NCBI GenBank assembly: GCA_964016885.1
Contig: OZ024764.1
Coordinates: forward strand, 27,652,001-27,716,000
Direction: 5' to 3'
DNA from: Eledone cirrhosa
Lineage: Eukaryota
Length of the DNA stretch: 64,000 nucleotides
Shown here: positions 49,485-64,000 of the stretch, one piece after another
Layout of the letters: the number at the start of each line of letters is the position of its first letter
How positions within the stretch are numbered: position 1 is the stretch's first letter
Notes under the pieces: model-generated
Databases searched by the model: none
What the model was told of the DNA's origin: nothing
Seen by the model: only the letters and a program-made list of their open reading frames with translations
Made by a program: the position numbers and the translations under genes

Positions 49485-52320
49485 ATGCAAATAGACTTAG
49501 AATGGAAAACATTCAGACAGAGAAGAATGGATAATGAGCGTCATAAGAGAAATTGGCCAACAATTAATATTAATGGAAATCTAGAAGAATTTCATATTAG
49601 TGATATGAATGTTTCGTGTGATCACTGTGAAGCTTTGAAATTTAGAAATGAAAATTGTAACTGTTGTAATAAAGGAAAGGTTGTGTTGCCTCCATTGCAA
49701 ATATACCCCGAGAGACTGAGAAATCTCTTTGAAAGAGGCCAGGAAGCAGTTGATTTCACAGAAACATCTGCAATTAAAACTACATTTATTTCACTTCATT
49801 TGGTGTTACCACCCGGCAGAGGCCCGTATAGCTTTCATATTCAGGGTCAAACATATCACTACACCCCCACCTCTGTAACCTGCAGAAAATACACCACAAT
49901 ATGGCCAGTTATATATTATTGATGGGAACGAAGGTGTGTAGCACAAATTGGAAGTACAACCAAATAATTGTTTCTGGCACAAGGCCAGCAATTACTGGTA
50001 CTTTATTCTATCGACCTAATAAGGATGAAAACAAAGTCAACCTTGGAGGGATTTGAACCCAGAACGTAAAGGGCCATAACCCTATGCTGCAAAGCATGGT
50101 GTCTGATGCTCTACCGATACTGCCAATCCACCGCCCTAGTACCAACAAATAATGACTGCTCACCACAAAAAATGGCTATGATAAGAGAGGTGTTGCATGA
50201 ATGTTATCCATATGTCGAAGTGTACAATACAATGCATGGCATCAAACAGCAAAGTGCAAGAAGAGAAAATTGTCGTGTACAGAACTGTGAATTAAGATTT
50301 AGAAGAGGATCAGATATGAGCTGCTATAATTTACCAACTAGTAATGATAGCTGTTGTTTTGTGGGGTTTGAGGGCAGACCACCTGTACAAAGAGATATTA
50401 TCATCTTTCCTAAAGACCATCCTCCTCAGAAAATATCACATAATTCATGCCACTTGGACTTCATGACTGACCCATAATGGTGAATTTTGGTGGCATAGTG
50501 ACATGGAGAGGAATGCAGGACCTGTGTTTGCAATAGACTGACAATGCAGGAGTATTACATATACAGTATAGCATATAGAGGAGGATTTAGTGTGATATAT
50601 AGGGCAGGTAAATTATTTTAGCAGTATTTAGTGGATGCCTATATGAAAGTAGAGGGATGCAGGCTTCTATATTTGAGGAACAATCAAGCCCAATTGTGAG
50701 TGGATGAGTATAATGGTTTAATGAATTATCTAAACAGATGATAACACTGAGCCTTAAAAAATGAAGACAAGATAAGAAACAGAGAAGACATTGACAGAAT
50801 CGTGTCAGCAGAAATACCTGCATTGGAAGATGATCCAGTACTACATGAGCAGGTTTAAAAGTTTATGATCCACAGGCCATGTGGTTCTGGAAACCCTTTT
50901 CCCCCATTTATACAAAATGGATTTTTCCAAAAGAACTATCCAAAAACCTACAGAAGGGAAACATTATTGAACCTAAATGGATACCCAGAGTACAGGAGGT
51001 GCAAGACAGGAACTGCAGTGTAAATTGGATGACATTCAGTAGATAACAGGAATGTTGTGCCATTTAATGCCTTTTTGCTTAAGAAATATTGTGCACATAT
51101 TAATGTTGAAGTTTGCGCTTCTGTAAAAAGTGTCAAGTACCTCTTTAAATATGTTACATGGGGCATGATTGTACATCTATAGAAGTAACGAATAATGCAT
51201 TACCTAATGAGGCTCAGAACCAACACAACCATGATGAAATAAGAACCTATCTTTGTTGCAGGTATGTGTCTCAGCCAGAAGCAGTGTCGTGTCTCTCGGA
51301 ATTTAAGCTTCATGGTACATCACATACAGTATACAGCCTAGTCACACACCTGGAGAACAAACAGAGTTTACTTTCAAAGAGGCAATGCTCAGGTTGTGGT
51401 AGAAATGCAGGGACCCTTGCTGCCTGGTTCAAGCTAAAAGAACTTGCTTACACCTTCTGGGATGCCGCCTCACAAACTCCAATTATAAGCAGGATCAATA
51501 ATAATGCTTCTATGGAATATTTCAATCCAGAACAGATTATGTAATGGCACAAGATTAGAAGTAGTAGAACTGCATAAACATTTTATCAAAGCTTCTCATA
51601 TCTATGGTCCTTTGATGGGCAGGTGTGTTTTGATCCCAAGACTGAAGTTATCCCCCAGTGGTGCCAACATCCCTTTTACTTTGGAAAGACCCCAGTTTCC
51701 ATTAAGACTGTCATATGCCATGACAATCAACAAGAACCATGGTCAAATACATGATAAAGTGGGTCTGTTCCTCCCTGAGCAAGTATTTAACCCTGGACAA
51801 TTGTATGTTGCTTTTTCAAGAGTTCACAGACAGATGTAAAAATTAATCCTAGCAAACCCCCACCACTCCTACAACTGTTAGCTGTTAGCCCACCCCAGCA
51901 CCACCCAACCTCCGTTCTAGTCCCACCGTTAGAACCAATGCTGCTTACCCTGCCTCTTTTACTAGTTCACTCCGTCGCTCGAATTTCAAAGCTGGCCCTC
52001 TACACTTGGTCGTTGCCAGCTCACCACCTGGTTGTGCTCTCTGTGTCCGCACTAGCCGGTACCTAAACACAATAAAATGTCACCTGTGCTACCAAAACTA
52101 CCACAGGAACTCTGTCGGCATCAGCAAGGCTCAAGCCGAAAGGCTTCAATACTAGACCTGTAATCAGGGCCACTTTACCTCCGACGACCAGCTTTCTACC
52201 GAGTGTGTGTTGATGGAGGGGACATGAGACCAGCAAAGTCCTAGGAGTAGAGACTAGTAAATAATAAACGGTCCTAGCTATGTTAAGAATATATATAAGA
52301 AAAATGTTCTATACATTTAA
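49485..52320 (+). pseudogene. Helitron remnant, copy 6 (beta)
   Basis: Near-identical to copies 2 and 3. Confidence 0.92.
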
Positions 52321-52410
52321 GAAGACAAGAGAAATAAATATTTACCTCTTTCATGTAGGTAATATAGCGGTGTTATAAAAGTATAATAACTGATGCAGGT
52401 AGTTTGTTTC

Positions 52411-52738
52411 AAACTATAACACATATAACTCTATCAGTGAAGCCCTTTAGTATAGGTCAACTAGGAAACTATAACACATATAACCCTATCAGTGAAGTCC
52501 TTTAGTATAGGTCAACTGGGAAACGATAACACATATAACCCTATCAGTGAAGTCCTTTTGTATAGGTCAACTGGGAAACTATAACACATATAACCCTATC
52601 AGTGAAGTCCTTTAGTATAGGTCAACTGGGAAACTATAACACATATAACCCTATCAGTGAAGTCCTTTAGTATAGGTCAACTGGGAAATTATAACACATA
52701 TAACCCTATCAGTGAAGTCCTTTAGTATAGGTCAACTA
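52411..52738 (+). repeat. 55-bp minisatellite, 6 units
   Basis: Same monomer; the short unit is absent. Confidence 0.95.
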
Positions 52739-55221
52739 ACAGAAGTATTAAGGTGGGCTCGATTGTGGCCCGCGGGCCGCCTGTTGCACGCCCCTCCTTT
52801 AGACAGAATATCTATCACAGTTAAGTAATACTGTGATCTGTCGGCCAACTACATTTTCCAGCCTGAGGCGTTTGGGGGAGTCGGGATACTGACTGCGAGA
52901 TTCCTATCTTCACTGGCGGCTAGCCTGACGAAGGTGACTGGTGAAGCTCGTGAGGGCACTTGGTTGTTCCAGGTCCTCAGCCTCGCCATCGCCCGAGGTA
53001 ACGCTGCAGACGTGCTGGCTTGCCTAAAAAATCATTAGAGAGGTTTCCCAGTGCTCCTCGCGATACTGTTATCTTTTGCTCTAGTAGCAGCTCGTTTGTC
53101 CACCCCTTTCGCCTGCCTTTGGTTGTATGTCGTCCTAGATGTGTGTATTACCTGCTTGTGTGTTGTATGTGGTCCTAGATGTGTGTATTACCTGCTTATG
53201 TGGTCCTAGATGTATGTATTACCTGCTGGTGTGTTGTATGTGGTCCCAGATGTGTGCATTACCTGTTTTTGTGTTGTATGTGGTCCCAAATGTGTGTGCT
53301 ACCCGCTTCTGTGATTTGTTTTGTTCCTTCTTTCTCTCTTCCGAGAAACAATCCTGTATTTTTTTAATCTATTCCATGCGTTAAGTAATTAGCAGCAACA
53401 ACAAACTGATTTTCAGTTGTAAAAAGAATCTTTAAACCTTCACCATTTACATTAACACATACCATACGTTGTCCCAGCCACAAATAAACAGTAAAAAAAA
53501 CTTACTTTGCGGTTAAATTCTTCACAATTAAAAGAAAAATATTTCTAACACGTTTCTAGACAACACCAAGTTTACACCTTCAATATCCGGTAAAAGTAAA
53601 AACAAATTCTGGAGACATTTAACGAAACGAAACTATGTAAAGAAAAACGAAAATTAAACGAAGACAAATAGTAAATTTTAATTTTTATTAAATAAAATAC
53701 CAGTAATTCACTGCAGTAGTTTTAATCAACTTTACTCTCTCTGCACGAAAGAAGAAAAAAATTCCTGACTTAGTGCTTAATATATAGAGAGGGGGAGAGT
53801 TTGGTGTTACTTCATATAGAGAGGGGTATTGGAAGAGAGTGCCGTGTAGTAGATATAGAGAGGGAGAGAGTGTGTGCTAATTGATATAAAGAGGGGCATT
53901 TGCACCCCCCCCCCCCCGCCGCCTAGAAAAATTCTGAAATGCTTCGACCTCCCTGTACATATATATATATATATAGTATACACACACAGACATATATATG
54001 TATATATTATATATATAGTAAATAAATGTGTGTGTGTATCAGTGGTCGCCAAACTTTTCTGTTCCACACCCCTCCTCTAAAATATGTTTATGTTCCCCTT
54101 TAATATAAAAACAATCCGAGTATTCTGAAAGTATTATTACTGTAATATAAAGTAGAAACCCTTTATTTAAACAAAGCTACGATGCAGCGATGATCAAAAC
54201 AAACTTCTCGTAGGTGCTGCCAAGCGGGGAAAAGTGGATGTATAATGATGATGATATATATATATATGCCCCACCCTTGCAAACAGGGAAAAGCAGACGT
54301 AAAATGAAAATGATGATATATATATAGATAGATAGATATGTATATATATATATTTATACTTATACGTCATGGTGGCTACAGGTGCCAAGAGGAAGAAGCC
54401 GGTCAAATCCTCTGATATTTGTTTATCTTCCTTTCCTTTGTATATATATATATAGTATGTGTGTATGAAGATGTATGACCCCCTAGCAAGCCAAACTACA
54501 GTTACTCCCCAACATGGAGAGCAAATTAAAACATTACCTGTTAGAGAGGAACGTGAAATGAATTGTTAGTGAACTACCGGTGTAACAGTAATTATGTTAC
54601 CGGTGTAACTATTTCTGTTTACCTTATTTTTAAATGACACTCCTATATTAGTTTAGTGACCTTTCAATTCAAATAAATTCTTGATGATGATTGAACTCGC
54701 ATCGGAGTAGCCCAACGCCTTGGCCTCCGCGTGTGTGAGCCACATAAATGCTCTCAACGACATAGTGAGAAGAAGCCTGGACGCAGCTGAATTTCCATCT
54801 CAACTGGAGCCAGCAGGCCTAGGCCGCGGAGATGGCAAGCACCGCGAGGGAATCACCCTCTTCCCATTCGAAGGAGGTAGATCCACAAACCCCAGCGTCG
54901 CTGCCCGTCTCGCAGATGAACATAAAATAAACAAATTCCGGTGTTTGTCCTGGAGCCTCTTCTAAGCACCAGCCGCCGTCGAGACCCCGGGCCAACTTGG
55001 ACCCATTACAGCCGAGCTCCTCCGCAACATCGCAGTGTCTGTGGCCCGTCTGAGGATGGAGTCCCACGAGGTTGGATGCCTGTTGCAGCAGGTGTCACTG
55101 TCCTTACATATATATACGTAAATGTTCCCTTGACTGCTATTTCTAGCATATATTAATAGACACTTTAGAAACAGCAGCTAAAAATCAAGAAACAACAGTG
55201 TGTGTCTGTATATATATACAC

Positions 55222-55253
<32 letters not shown>

Positions 55254-55258
55254 TGAGA

Positions 55259-55314
<56 letters not shown>

Positions 55315-55396
55315 CCAAAGACACGCACACACGAACATACACATACACACAGGTGTATGTCTGCGTGTATGTATATATATGTGTGTGTCTTTTCGT

Positions 55397-55477
<81 letters not shown>

Positions 55478-55611
55478 GTCAGTGATCCCCCTCGCAACCT
55501 TTAATTAAACAAACCTGCGATGAGGCGATGATCAAAATAAACACCAAAGTATAAACAAACAGCCCATAGGTGCTGCCGGATACACGATAACATGTGTAGA
55601 CGAAGTAAAAC

Positions 55612-56094
55612 TTTTATTACTGTAATATAAAGTAGAAACCCTATATTTAAACAAAGCTGCGATGCAGCGATGATCAAAACAAACTTCAAATAACATGTGT
55701 ATACGAAGTGTATCTGGAAGCTTGGTCGTATTATATGACTTTCAAATTGACCCCTATTATATTCAAATTATCCCCTGTGGGGCGTGCACCCCACGTTGAG
55801 AATCCCTCATAAATAAAAATATGTGAGTGTGTTGCTATGACTGCTATTTCTAGCAGGTTTACTGCAGTCCTGTAGACGCACAACAAAAACCGGAAGTGGC
55901 AGCCATTAAAAAACTTTGGCTTAAAATCAGCCAAAAGATTTTCAATAATAGTAAAATTTTATTTTTGACAAGGACGATAACTTTTGTCTTACTTAATCGC
56001 AAAAATCGAGGCAAAAATTTTGCGGGTGTGCAGTTTACACGCTAAAATAAACCTGCTAGAAATAGCAGTTATAGCAACTCACATATATTTATAT

Positions 56095-56128
<34 letters not shown>

Positions 56129-56539
56129 CCAAACACACACCCTTATATATGTACGTGTGTGTGTGTTGACCGCTATATATATATATAGCAGCCAAACACA
56201 TACACAGACACACATATATATATATATACATGTGTGTGTATATGTGTGTGTCCTCCTCTCGTCTATGGCTGTTATTTTTACATTGTCCTTTTTGTTATTT
56301 TTCTCGGGATTTGCCCGGATTCGAACATGCGACCACCTATTTACAATATAGAATCTTTACAGCTTTACTGACTTTTAAGTAATCCAAGTTGTAACCCCGG
56401 ATTTAGTAGTGTTTAATTTATTTTGAAGTATTTTATTATTGGCCTTAGTTAGACGATCGTCCAAGACCATGCTGGGGCATATATATATATATGTATATAT
56501 ATGTGTGTGTGTGTGTGTATGCTGGGGCATATATATATA

Positions 56540-56593
<54 letters not shown>

Positions 56594-57240
56594 CTAGGGC
56601 ATATATATATATGTGTGTGTGTGTATATATATATATATGTGTGTGTGTCCTTTCTGTTATTCGCTGCTATTTCTAAAGTGTCAATATATATATCATATAT
56701 ATATATATATGATATATAAATATATGTAAGTGAGTTGCTATGACTGCTATTTCTAGCAGGTTTATTTTTAGCGTGTAAACTGCACACCCTCAAAATTTTT
56801 GCCTCGATTTTTGCGATTAAGTAAGACAAAAGTTATCGTCCTTGTCAAAAATAAAATTTTACTATTATTGAAAATCTTTTGGCTGATTTTAAGCCAAAGT
56901 TTTTTAATGGCTGCCACTTCCGGTTTTTGTTGTGCGTCTACAGGACTGCAGTAAACCTGCTAGGAATAGCAGTCATAGCAACACACTCACATATATTTAT
57001 TTATGAGGGATTCTCAACGTGCGGTGCACGCCCCACAGCGGATAATTTGAATATAATAGGGGTCAATTTGAAAGTGATATAATACGACCCAACTCCCTGT
57101 TACACTTCGTATACACATGTTATCGTGTATCTGGCAGCACCTGCGAGAAGTTTATTTACATTTTGGGGTTTGCTTTGATGATCGCTGCATCGCAGCTTTG
57201 TTTAAATAAAGGGTTTCTACTTTATATTACAGTAATAACA
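55612..57240. repeat. Long inverted repeat, second copy
   Basis: Mirror ORFs 55731..55934(-) / 56879..57082(+). Confidence 0.9.
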
Positions 57241-59436
57241 CTTTTACAAGACTCGGATTGTTTTTATATTAAAGGGGACATGTTTTTTAAACTCTGAACT
57301 CAGCATCTTTCTGTTGTTCTCCGGGATTCTAGCAAAGTATAAAAATATATATATATATATAGCTGGCAGTCAACCTCAGACTCGAAAAAGCCGCCGCTAA
57401 TCGTGATCGTTGGGGTTATAATTAGACTAAAAGTGCTTCCACTGGGCACCATTAGCTGATTGTGATCATTGGAGAATTCTTTCTGCGCTGAAAGAGCCTA
57501 GGACTAAAAGATATATATATAGATGTCGAAACGGCAGTAGCACAGCCGTTGGGGTCCTGAATATTTTCACATCTATATATGTGTGTGTATTCTGCGACAT
57601 TTATAATTACATAAGCAAGCATATTTGAATAACAAAATTTGAGGTTTAAATACTTTATTTTTTACCAATAACATAGAGAAAGGCATGAACAACACCACAT
57701 GTTAATTACTTTAATATTGAAAGTAGGGTTATAAAGATTAAAAAAGCAGATTTTTTAATCTTTCATGGTGGTCTGGTGGGTGATACCAGAGATGGTGGTA
57801 GTCCTGGTTTCGGTTTCAATCCCGGTCATGGGTTACATATAAGGTCTCATTTTTTTTTTTCTTTCTTTCAGTTTTCTTCTTATCTCTAGGTATAAATATA
57901 TATACATAAGGTAATTTGGTAGAATTGTTAGAACATCAGATAGAATTCTTTGCAGTATTTTTCCAGTTCTTTACTCTGAGTTCAACTTTACCTTTCTTCC
58001 ATTCGGTGTCGATAAGTCTTGAATATGTCTAACGTAGCAATAATTGGAGCTACTTAACCAAGTTTTCCCAACCTAGTCGATGTCACCTACTGGTTGGCGA
58101 TTTAAACTGTTGGCTGCGACAATGACCAACTAATCAGTCAGATTCGAACTCACTATGTCTGGCATATATTTTATATTTTATATTTGAATGACGTTCTGTA
58201 AGTAACCTGGTGGCTTAGATGGCAATACTGCTCGAATAGATGGCTTCTATTATGAAGTTATAAGTTCATTCCCTATCCAGGATTGTAGAATTAATTTTAT
58301 TTAGTTATTATTTAATCAATTGTTTTAACAAACAAATTATATCTATAAAACGCCAAATATAGTGAGTTCAAATCTGACTGACATGCATGGTATATATTTA
58401 TGTTTCATTATACAACGACACAATACACAGGAACTTATAAAGATATGTATATATTGTCCAGGAGTTTCGAGTTTAGTGGGAATTGGTACAACTCTCAATT
58501 GGAGCTAGTTCCTGCAAGATCAGCATAAATAATGTTATACCTTTTCATGAAATCTTGCACACCCGATGTTTTATACATGATTATTTAAAGGTGAACAAAA
58601 ACCAAAGAACATTGTGCAGCATTTCTCAACCTTTCTACCCATGTCGATCTCTTGAAATAGTTTTTATGTCTCAGGGATGCCCTGCATAAAATATACTTTT
58701 TCTATCTCTAGAGCAGTGGTTCCCAAATCGTGTGCTGCGAGATGAAACAAGATGAGCTGCAAAAGACTAAGATTAAGTTTTAAGATGTGAAAAATATAAA
58801 ACTGAAATTTCATATAAAAGTTCAAATATAGCTACAGCCACAAACCTAGGCTCCACACCCCGCAATGCAAAGGATAGTAAGATAGTACCAAGGCCTGACT
58901 CACCTCTTCCACTCCATTGAGACCTCTGCCATACTTGGTCCCTGTACTGCTGATTTCCTCCATAAAGTCGGGAGGAAAGACGACAGGAGCCTCATGAGGA
59001 GGGGCGACTATTGTAGCAGGTGTCTCTGGCCTTGCTCCGAGGTAACGCTTTTACGTTTCTTCCACAGGTTGCGGCTGAGGGACCACTTAGACTGGGGTGA
59101 AGTGTCTGTCCCTCCCCCGACTTCTTACTTCTTTTTTTTTCTCATTTTCATTTTCTTTTCTCTTCTTGCTTATCTCTGCTATACCACGGCATCAAAAACA
59201 TATATGATATGTGTATGTATGGTATAGGTGTATTTATATTTAGGATAGTTATCAAAGGTAAATAGACTGGTTGAAGCAATAACAGTCTTGTTTATGTATA
59301 TACACACATATATATATATATATATATATATTGTTTGTTCTTGTATTTCCATAGAAAAGGTAAAGAAAAGAAGAATGCTCTATGTATTGTACAGAGCTAT
59401 TTAATTACATAATAAACAACAGAATATAATTATTCC

Positions 59437-59689
59437 ATGCAAATAGACTTAGACTGGAAAACATTCAGACAGAGAAGAATGGATAATGAGCGTCGTAAGA
59501 GAAATTGGCCAACAATTAATATTAATGGAAATGTAGAAGGATTTCATATTAGTGATATGAATGTTTCGTGTGATCACTGTGGAGCTTTGAAATTTAGAAA
59601 TGAAAATTGTAACTGTTGTAATAAAGGAAAGGTTGTGTTGCCACCATTGCAAATATACCCTGAGAGACTGAGAAATCTCTTTGAAAGAG
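59437..59689 (+). pseudogene. Helitron 5' fragment, copy 7, truncated by a fold-back hairpin
   Basis: Same translation as 37625..37915. Confidence 0.9.
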
Positions 59690-59708
59690 ATTTCTCAGTC
59701 TCTCAGGG

Positions 59709-60329
59709 TATATATTCCCGCCGTTGAAATAAAAATTTTAATAGAAAAACGGCGGGAATATATGTTACAGCCCAATCTATATATATTTGGGTTTTAACAT
59801 ATATTCCCGCCGTTGAAATAAACATTTTAATAGAAAAACGGCGGGAATATATGTTACAACCCAATCTACATATATTTGGGTTGCAACATATATTCCCGCC
59901 GTTGAAATAAAAATTTTAATAGAAAAACGGCGGGAATATATGTTACAACCCAATCTACATATATTTGGGTTGTAACATATATTCCCGCCGTTGAAATAAA
60001 AATTTTAACATAAAAACGGCGGGAATATATATTACAACCCAAACATATATAGGTTGGATTGTAACATATATTCCCGCCGTTTTTCTATTAAAATTTTTAT
60101 TTCAACGGCGGGAATATATGTTACAACCCCAAAATATGTAGCTTGGATTGTAACATATATTCCCGCCGTTTTTCTATTAAAATTTTTATTTCAACGGCGG
60201 GAATATATGTTACAACTCAAATATATATAGATTGGGTTGTAACATATATTCCCGCCGTTTTTCTATTAAAATTTTTATTTCACCGGCAGGAATATGTTAC
60301 AACCCAAATATATATATATTGAGTTGTAA
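59709..60329. repeat. 89-bp dumbbell array, 4 flip plus 3 flop units
   Basis: Same unit as 37897-38605. Confidence 0.95.
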
Positions 60330-61791
60330 CATGGGTTACATATAAGGTCTCATTTTTTTTCTTTTCTTTCTTTCAGTTTTCTTCTTATCTCTAGATATAA
60401 ATATATATACATAAGGTAACTTGGTAGAATTGTTAGAACATCAGATAGAATTCTTTGCAGTATTTTTCCAGTTCTTTACTCTGAGTTCAACTTTACCTTT
60501 CTTCCATTCAGTGTCGATAAGTCTTGAATATGTCTAACGTAGCAATAACTGGAGCTACTTAACCAAGTTTTCCCAACCTAGTCGATGTCACCTACTGGTT
60601 GGCGATTTAAACTGTTGGCTGCGACAATGACCAACTAATCAGTCAGATTCGAACTCACTATGTCTGGCATATATTTTATATTTTATATTTGAATGAAGTT
60701 CTGTAAGTAACCTGGTGGCTTAGATGGCAATACTGCTCGAATAGATGGCTTCTAGTTCATTCCCTATCCAGGATTGTAGAATTAATTTTATTTAGTTATT
60801 ATTTAATCAATTGTTTTAACAAACAAATTATATCTATAAAACGCCAAATATAGTGAGTTCAAATCTGACTGACATGCATGGTATATATTTATGTTTCATT
60901 ATACAGCGACACAATACACAGGAACTTATAAAGATATGTATATATTGTCCAGGAGTTTCGAGTTTAGTGGGAATTGGTACAACTCTCAGTTAGAGCTAGT
61001 CCCTGCAAGATCAGCATAAATAATGTTATACCTTTTCATGAAATCTTGCACACCCGATATTTTATACATGATTATTTAAAGGTGAACAAAAACCAACGAA
61101 CATTGTGCAGCATTCTCAACCTTTCTACCCATGTCGATCTCTTGAAATAGTTTTTATGTCTCAGGGAAGCCCTGCATAAAATATACTTTTTCTATCTCTA
61201 GAGCAGTGGTTCCCAAATCGTGTGCTGAGAGATGAAACAAGATGAGCTGCAAAAGACTAAGATTAAGTTTTATGATGTGAAAAATATAAAACTGAAATTT
61301 CATATAAAAGTTCAAATATAGCTACAGCCACAAACCTAGGCTCCACACCCCGCAATGCAGAGGATAGTAAGATAGTACCAAGGCCTGACTCACCTCTTCT
61401 ACTCCATTGAGACCTCTGCCATACTTGGTCCCTGTACTGCTGATTTCCTCCATAAAGTCGGGAGGAAAGACGACAGGAGCTTCATGAGGAGGGGCGACTA
61501 TTGTAGCAGGTGTCTCTGGCCTTGCTCTGAGGTAACGCTTTTACGTTTCTTCCACAGGTTGCGGCTGAGGGACCACTTAGACTGGGGTGAAGTGTCTGTC
61601 CCTCCCCCGACTTCTTACTTCTTTTTTTTTCTCATTTTCATTTTCTTTTCTCTTCTTGCTTATCTCTGCTATACCACGGCATCAAAAACATATATGATAT
61701 ATGTATGTATGGTATAGGTGTATTTATATTTAGGATAGTTATCAAAGGTAAATAGACTGGTTGGAGCAATAACAGTCTTGTTTATGTATGT

Positions 61792-61832
<41 letters not shown>

Positions 61833-61933
61833 TGTTCTTGTATTTCCATAGAAAAGGTAAAGAAAAGAAGAATGCTCTATGTATTGTACAGAGCTATTTA
61901 ATTACATAATAAACAACAGAATATAATTATTCC

Positions 61934-62692
61934 ATGCAAATAGACTTAGAATGGAAAACATTCAGACAGAGAAGAATGGATAATGAGCGTCGTAAGAGAA
62001 ATTGGCCAACAATTAATATTAATGGAAATGTAGAAGAATTTCATATTAGTGATATGAATGTTTCGTGTGATCACTGTGGAGCTTTGAAATTTAGAAATGA
62101 AAATTGTAACTGTTGTAATAAAGGAAAGGTAGTGTTGCCACCATTGCAAATATACCCTGAGAGACTGAGAAATCTCTTTGAAAGAGGCCAGGAAGCAGTT
62201 GATTTCACAGAAACATCTGCAATTAAAACTAAATTTATTTCACTTCATTTGGTGTTACCACCCGGCAGAGGCCCGTATAGATTTCATATTCAGGGTCAAA
62301 CATATCAATACACACCCATCTCTGTAACCTGCAGAAAATACACCACAATATGGCCAGTTATATATTATTGATGGGAACGAAGGTGTGTAGCACAGATTGG
62401 AAGTACAACCAAATAATTGTTTCTGGCACAAGGCCAGCAATTACTGATACTTTATTCTATCGACCTCATAAGGATGAAAACAAAGTCAACCTTAGAGGGA
62501 TTTGAACCCAGAACGTAAAGGGCCATAACCCTATGCTGCAAAGCATGGTGTCTGACGCTCTACCGATACTGCCAATCCACTGCCCTAGTCCCAACAAATA
62601 ATGACTGCTCACCACAAAAAATGGCTATGATAAGAGAGGTGTTGCATGAATATAATCCATATGTCGAAGTGTACAATACAATGCATGGCATC
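61934..62692 (+). pseudogene. Helitron 5' fragment, copy 8, truncated next to a (TA)n tract
   Basis: Collinear with the other copies, including the SINE, up to ATGCATGGCATCA; unrelated AT-rich sequence follows. Confidence 0.9.
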
Positions 62693-63239
62693 ACAAATGA
62701 ATATATATATATATACTACTAAAGTGTATGTAAAATTTTAAAATAAATACTTAAATTCAATTTGTATAATTACACATACAATATGTTTTGTTGTAAAACC
62801 CTAAATAATGATTTAAGAAATGATGTCAATCTCTTTGTACAGAGAAAAACAATTTATATATATGCATCGTGTGCGCGTGTATACTCCATTTAAGACAGCG
62901 AAAAACCTAGTACCTCCTTCAAAGAATGCCAAATAGTTTATGCCTAAGGTGTAACACTAATTAAGTTACTGGTATAGATATTTCAGTTGAACCCTGCTTC
63001 AAACATGCATATTATTATTATATATTTTCAAACACACTTACATACATTATATTTATACACATAGAAATGTTAAAACTAAAGTATAATGATATAACAACAG
63101 TATATAATAGTTTTCTTCACTTTATTGAGATGCAATCGTTTTAAAGAAAAAACATGACAGTATAAGAAATATTTAATATGATAACATAATATTTCAGGTA
63201 GGATGGTGGTTTCTCTTTGAACTAATAATTGTTTCTACT

Positions 63240-63395
63240 TTAGGCACAAGGCCAGCAATTAACCAGTACATTACTGGTACTTTATTTTATCGACCCCGTA
63301 AGGATGAAAGGCAAAGTTAACCTCGGATCGTAAAGGGACGTAACTATGCTGGAAAGCATGGCGTCAGACCCTCTACCGATACTGCCAATTCACCA
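63240..63395 (-). mobile_element. Independent copy of the Octopus-type SINE
   Basis: GGCACAAGGCCAGCAATT...TATCGACCCCGTAAGGATGAAAGGCAAAG...CTCTACCGATACTGCCAATTCACC; diverged from the Helitron-embedded copy and with different flanks. Confidence 0.8.
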
Positions 63396-63589
63396 TACAG
63401 TATAATTATACAAATATGCATATAGATAGCAATATATATACACTAATATGTATGTACATATTTATACATATATACATATATATAGGGAGAGAGAGAGACA
63501 CATGTATGTATATATATATACACATGCGTGTATGTATGTGTTTATGTAAATTCTTCGGTATATATATATGAGTCACGGTTTATTACACA

Positions 63590-64000
63590 TTGGAGACACA
63601 GAGAGAAAGAGTTGAAACGAGAGGTGAGAGAGTTGAAACAAGAGAGGAGAGAGTTGAAACGAGAAAAGAGAGAGAGAGTTGAAACGAGAGGAGAGAGAGA
63701 GAGAGTTGTAACGAGAGGAGAGAGAGAGAGAGAGTTGAAACGAGAGGAGAGAGAGTTGAAACGAGGAGAGAGTTGAAACAAGAGGGTGAGGGGAGAGAGG
63801 GGAGAGAGTGATGAAACGAGTCGGAGATAGAGTGTGAAAGAGAGAGAGAGAGGAAGAGAGAGAGAGAGAGGAAGAGAGAGAGAGAGGAAGAGAGAGAGAG
63901 AAAGAGAGAGAGAGAGGAAGAGAGAGAGAGGAAGAGAGAGAGAGGAAGAGGGAGAGGGGGGATGAAACAAGAGGGTGAGGGATGAAACAAGAGAGAGAGG
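63590..64000 (+). repeat. GA-rich minisatellite related to that at 1-5040
   Basis: G(T/A)TGAAACGAGAG, GAGGAAGAGAGAG and GATGAAACAAGAGGGTGAGGG motifs. Confidence 0.85.

Noticed and set aside
62905-62950. Possible 30-nt minus-strand micro-exon (AG...GT bounded)
   Set aside because: Too short, with no supporting neighbouring exons or recognisable peptide.

Overview
Eukaryotic, repeat-only DNA with no intact host gene. The SINE and RTE-LINE types look cephalopod (Octopus-like); this is recognition from memory, not a database result. Three parts: (1) 1-10115, a composite satellite of GA-rich minisatellite blocks alternating with 46-bp monomer blocks, which changes orientation at ~5040 and ~9888. 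(2) ~10116-62700, a nested tandem amplification of transposon debris: a ~22-kb higher-order unit present twice, with the first copy expanded to ~29 kb by an internal 7-kb duplication. It holds 8 copies or fragments of a decayed, internally deleted Helitron Rep/Hel gene, 2 copies of a 5'-truncated RTE-like LINE, three different CRE-clade endonuclease C-terminal fragments, SINEs, MITEs, minisatellites and long inverted repeats. (3) ~62700-64000, a short unique stretch and then the GA-rich satellite again. The most unusual structure occurs twice (37841-38605 and 59653-60329): the Helitron ORF folds back into a perfect 30-bp hairpin and runs into a concatemer of an 89-bp 'dumbbell' unit (28-bp stem plus two loops) in flip then flop orientation. 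Nearly all ORFs in the supplied track are repeat artefacts or transposon pseudogene fragments.
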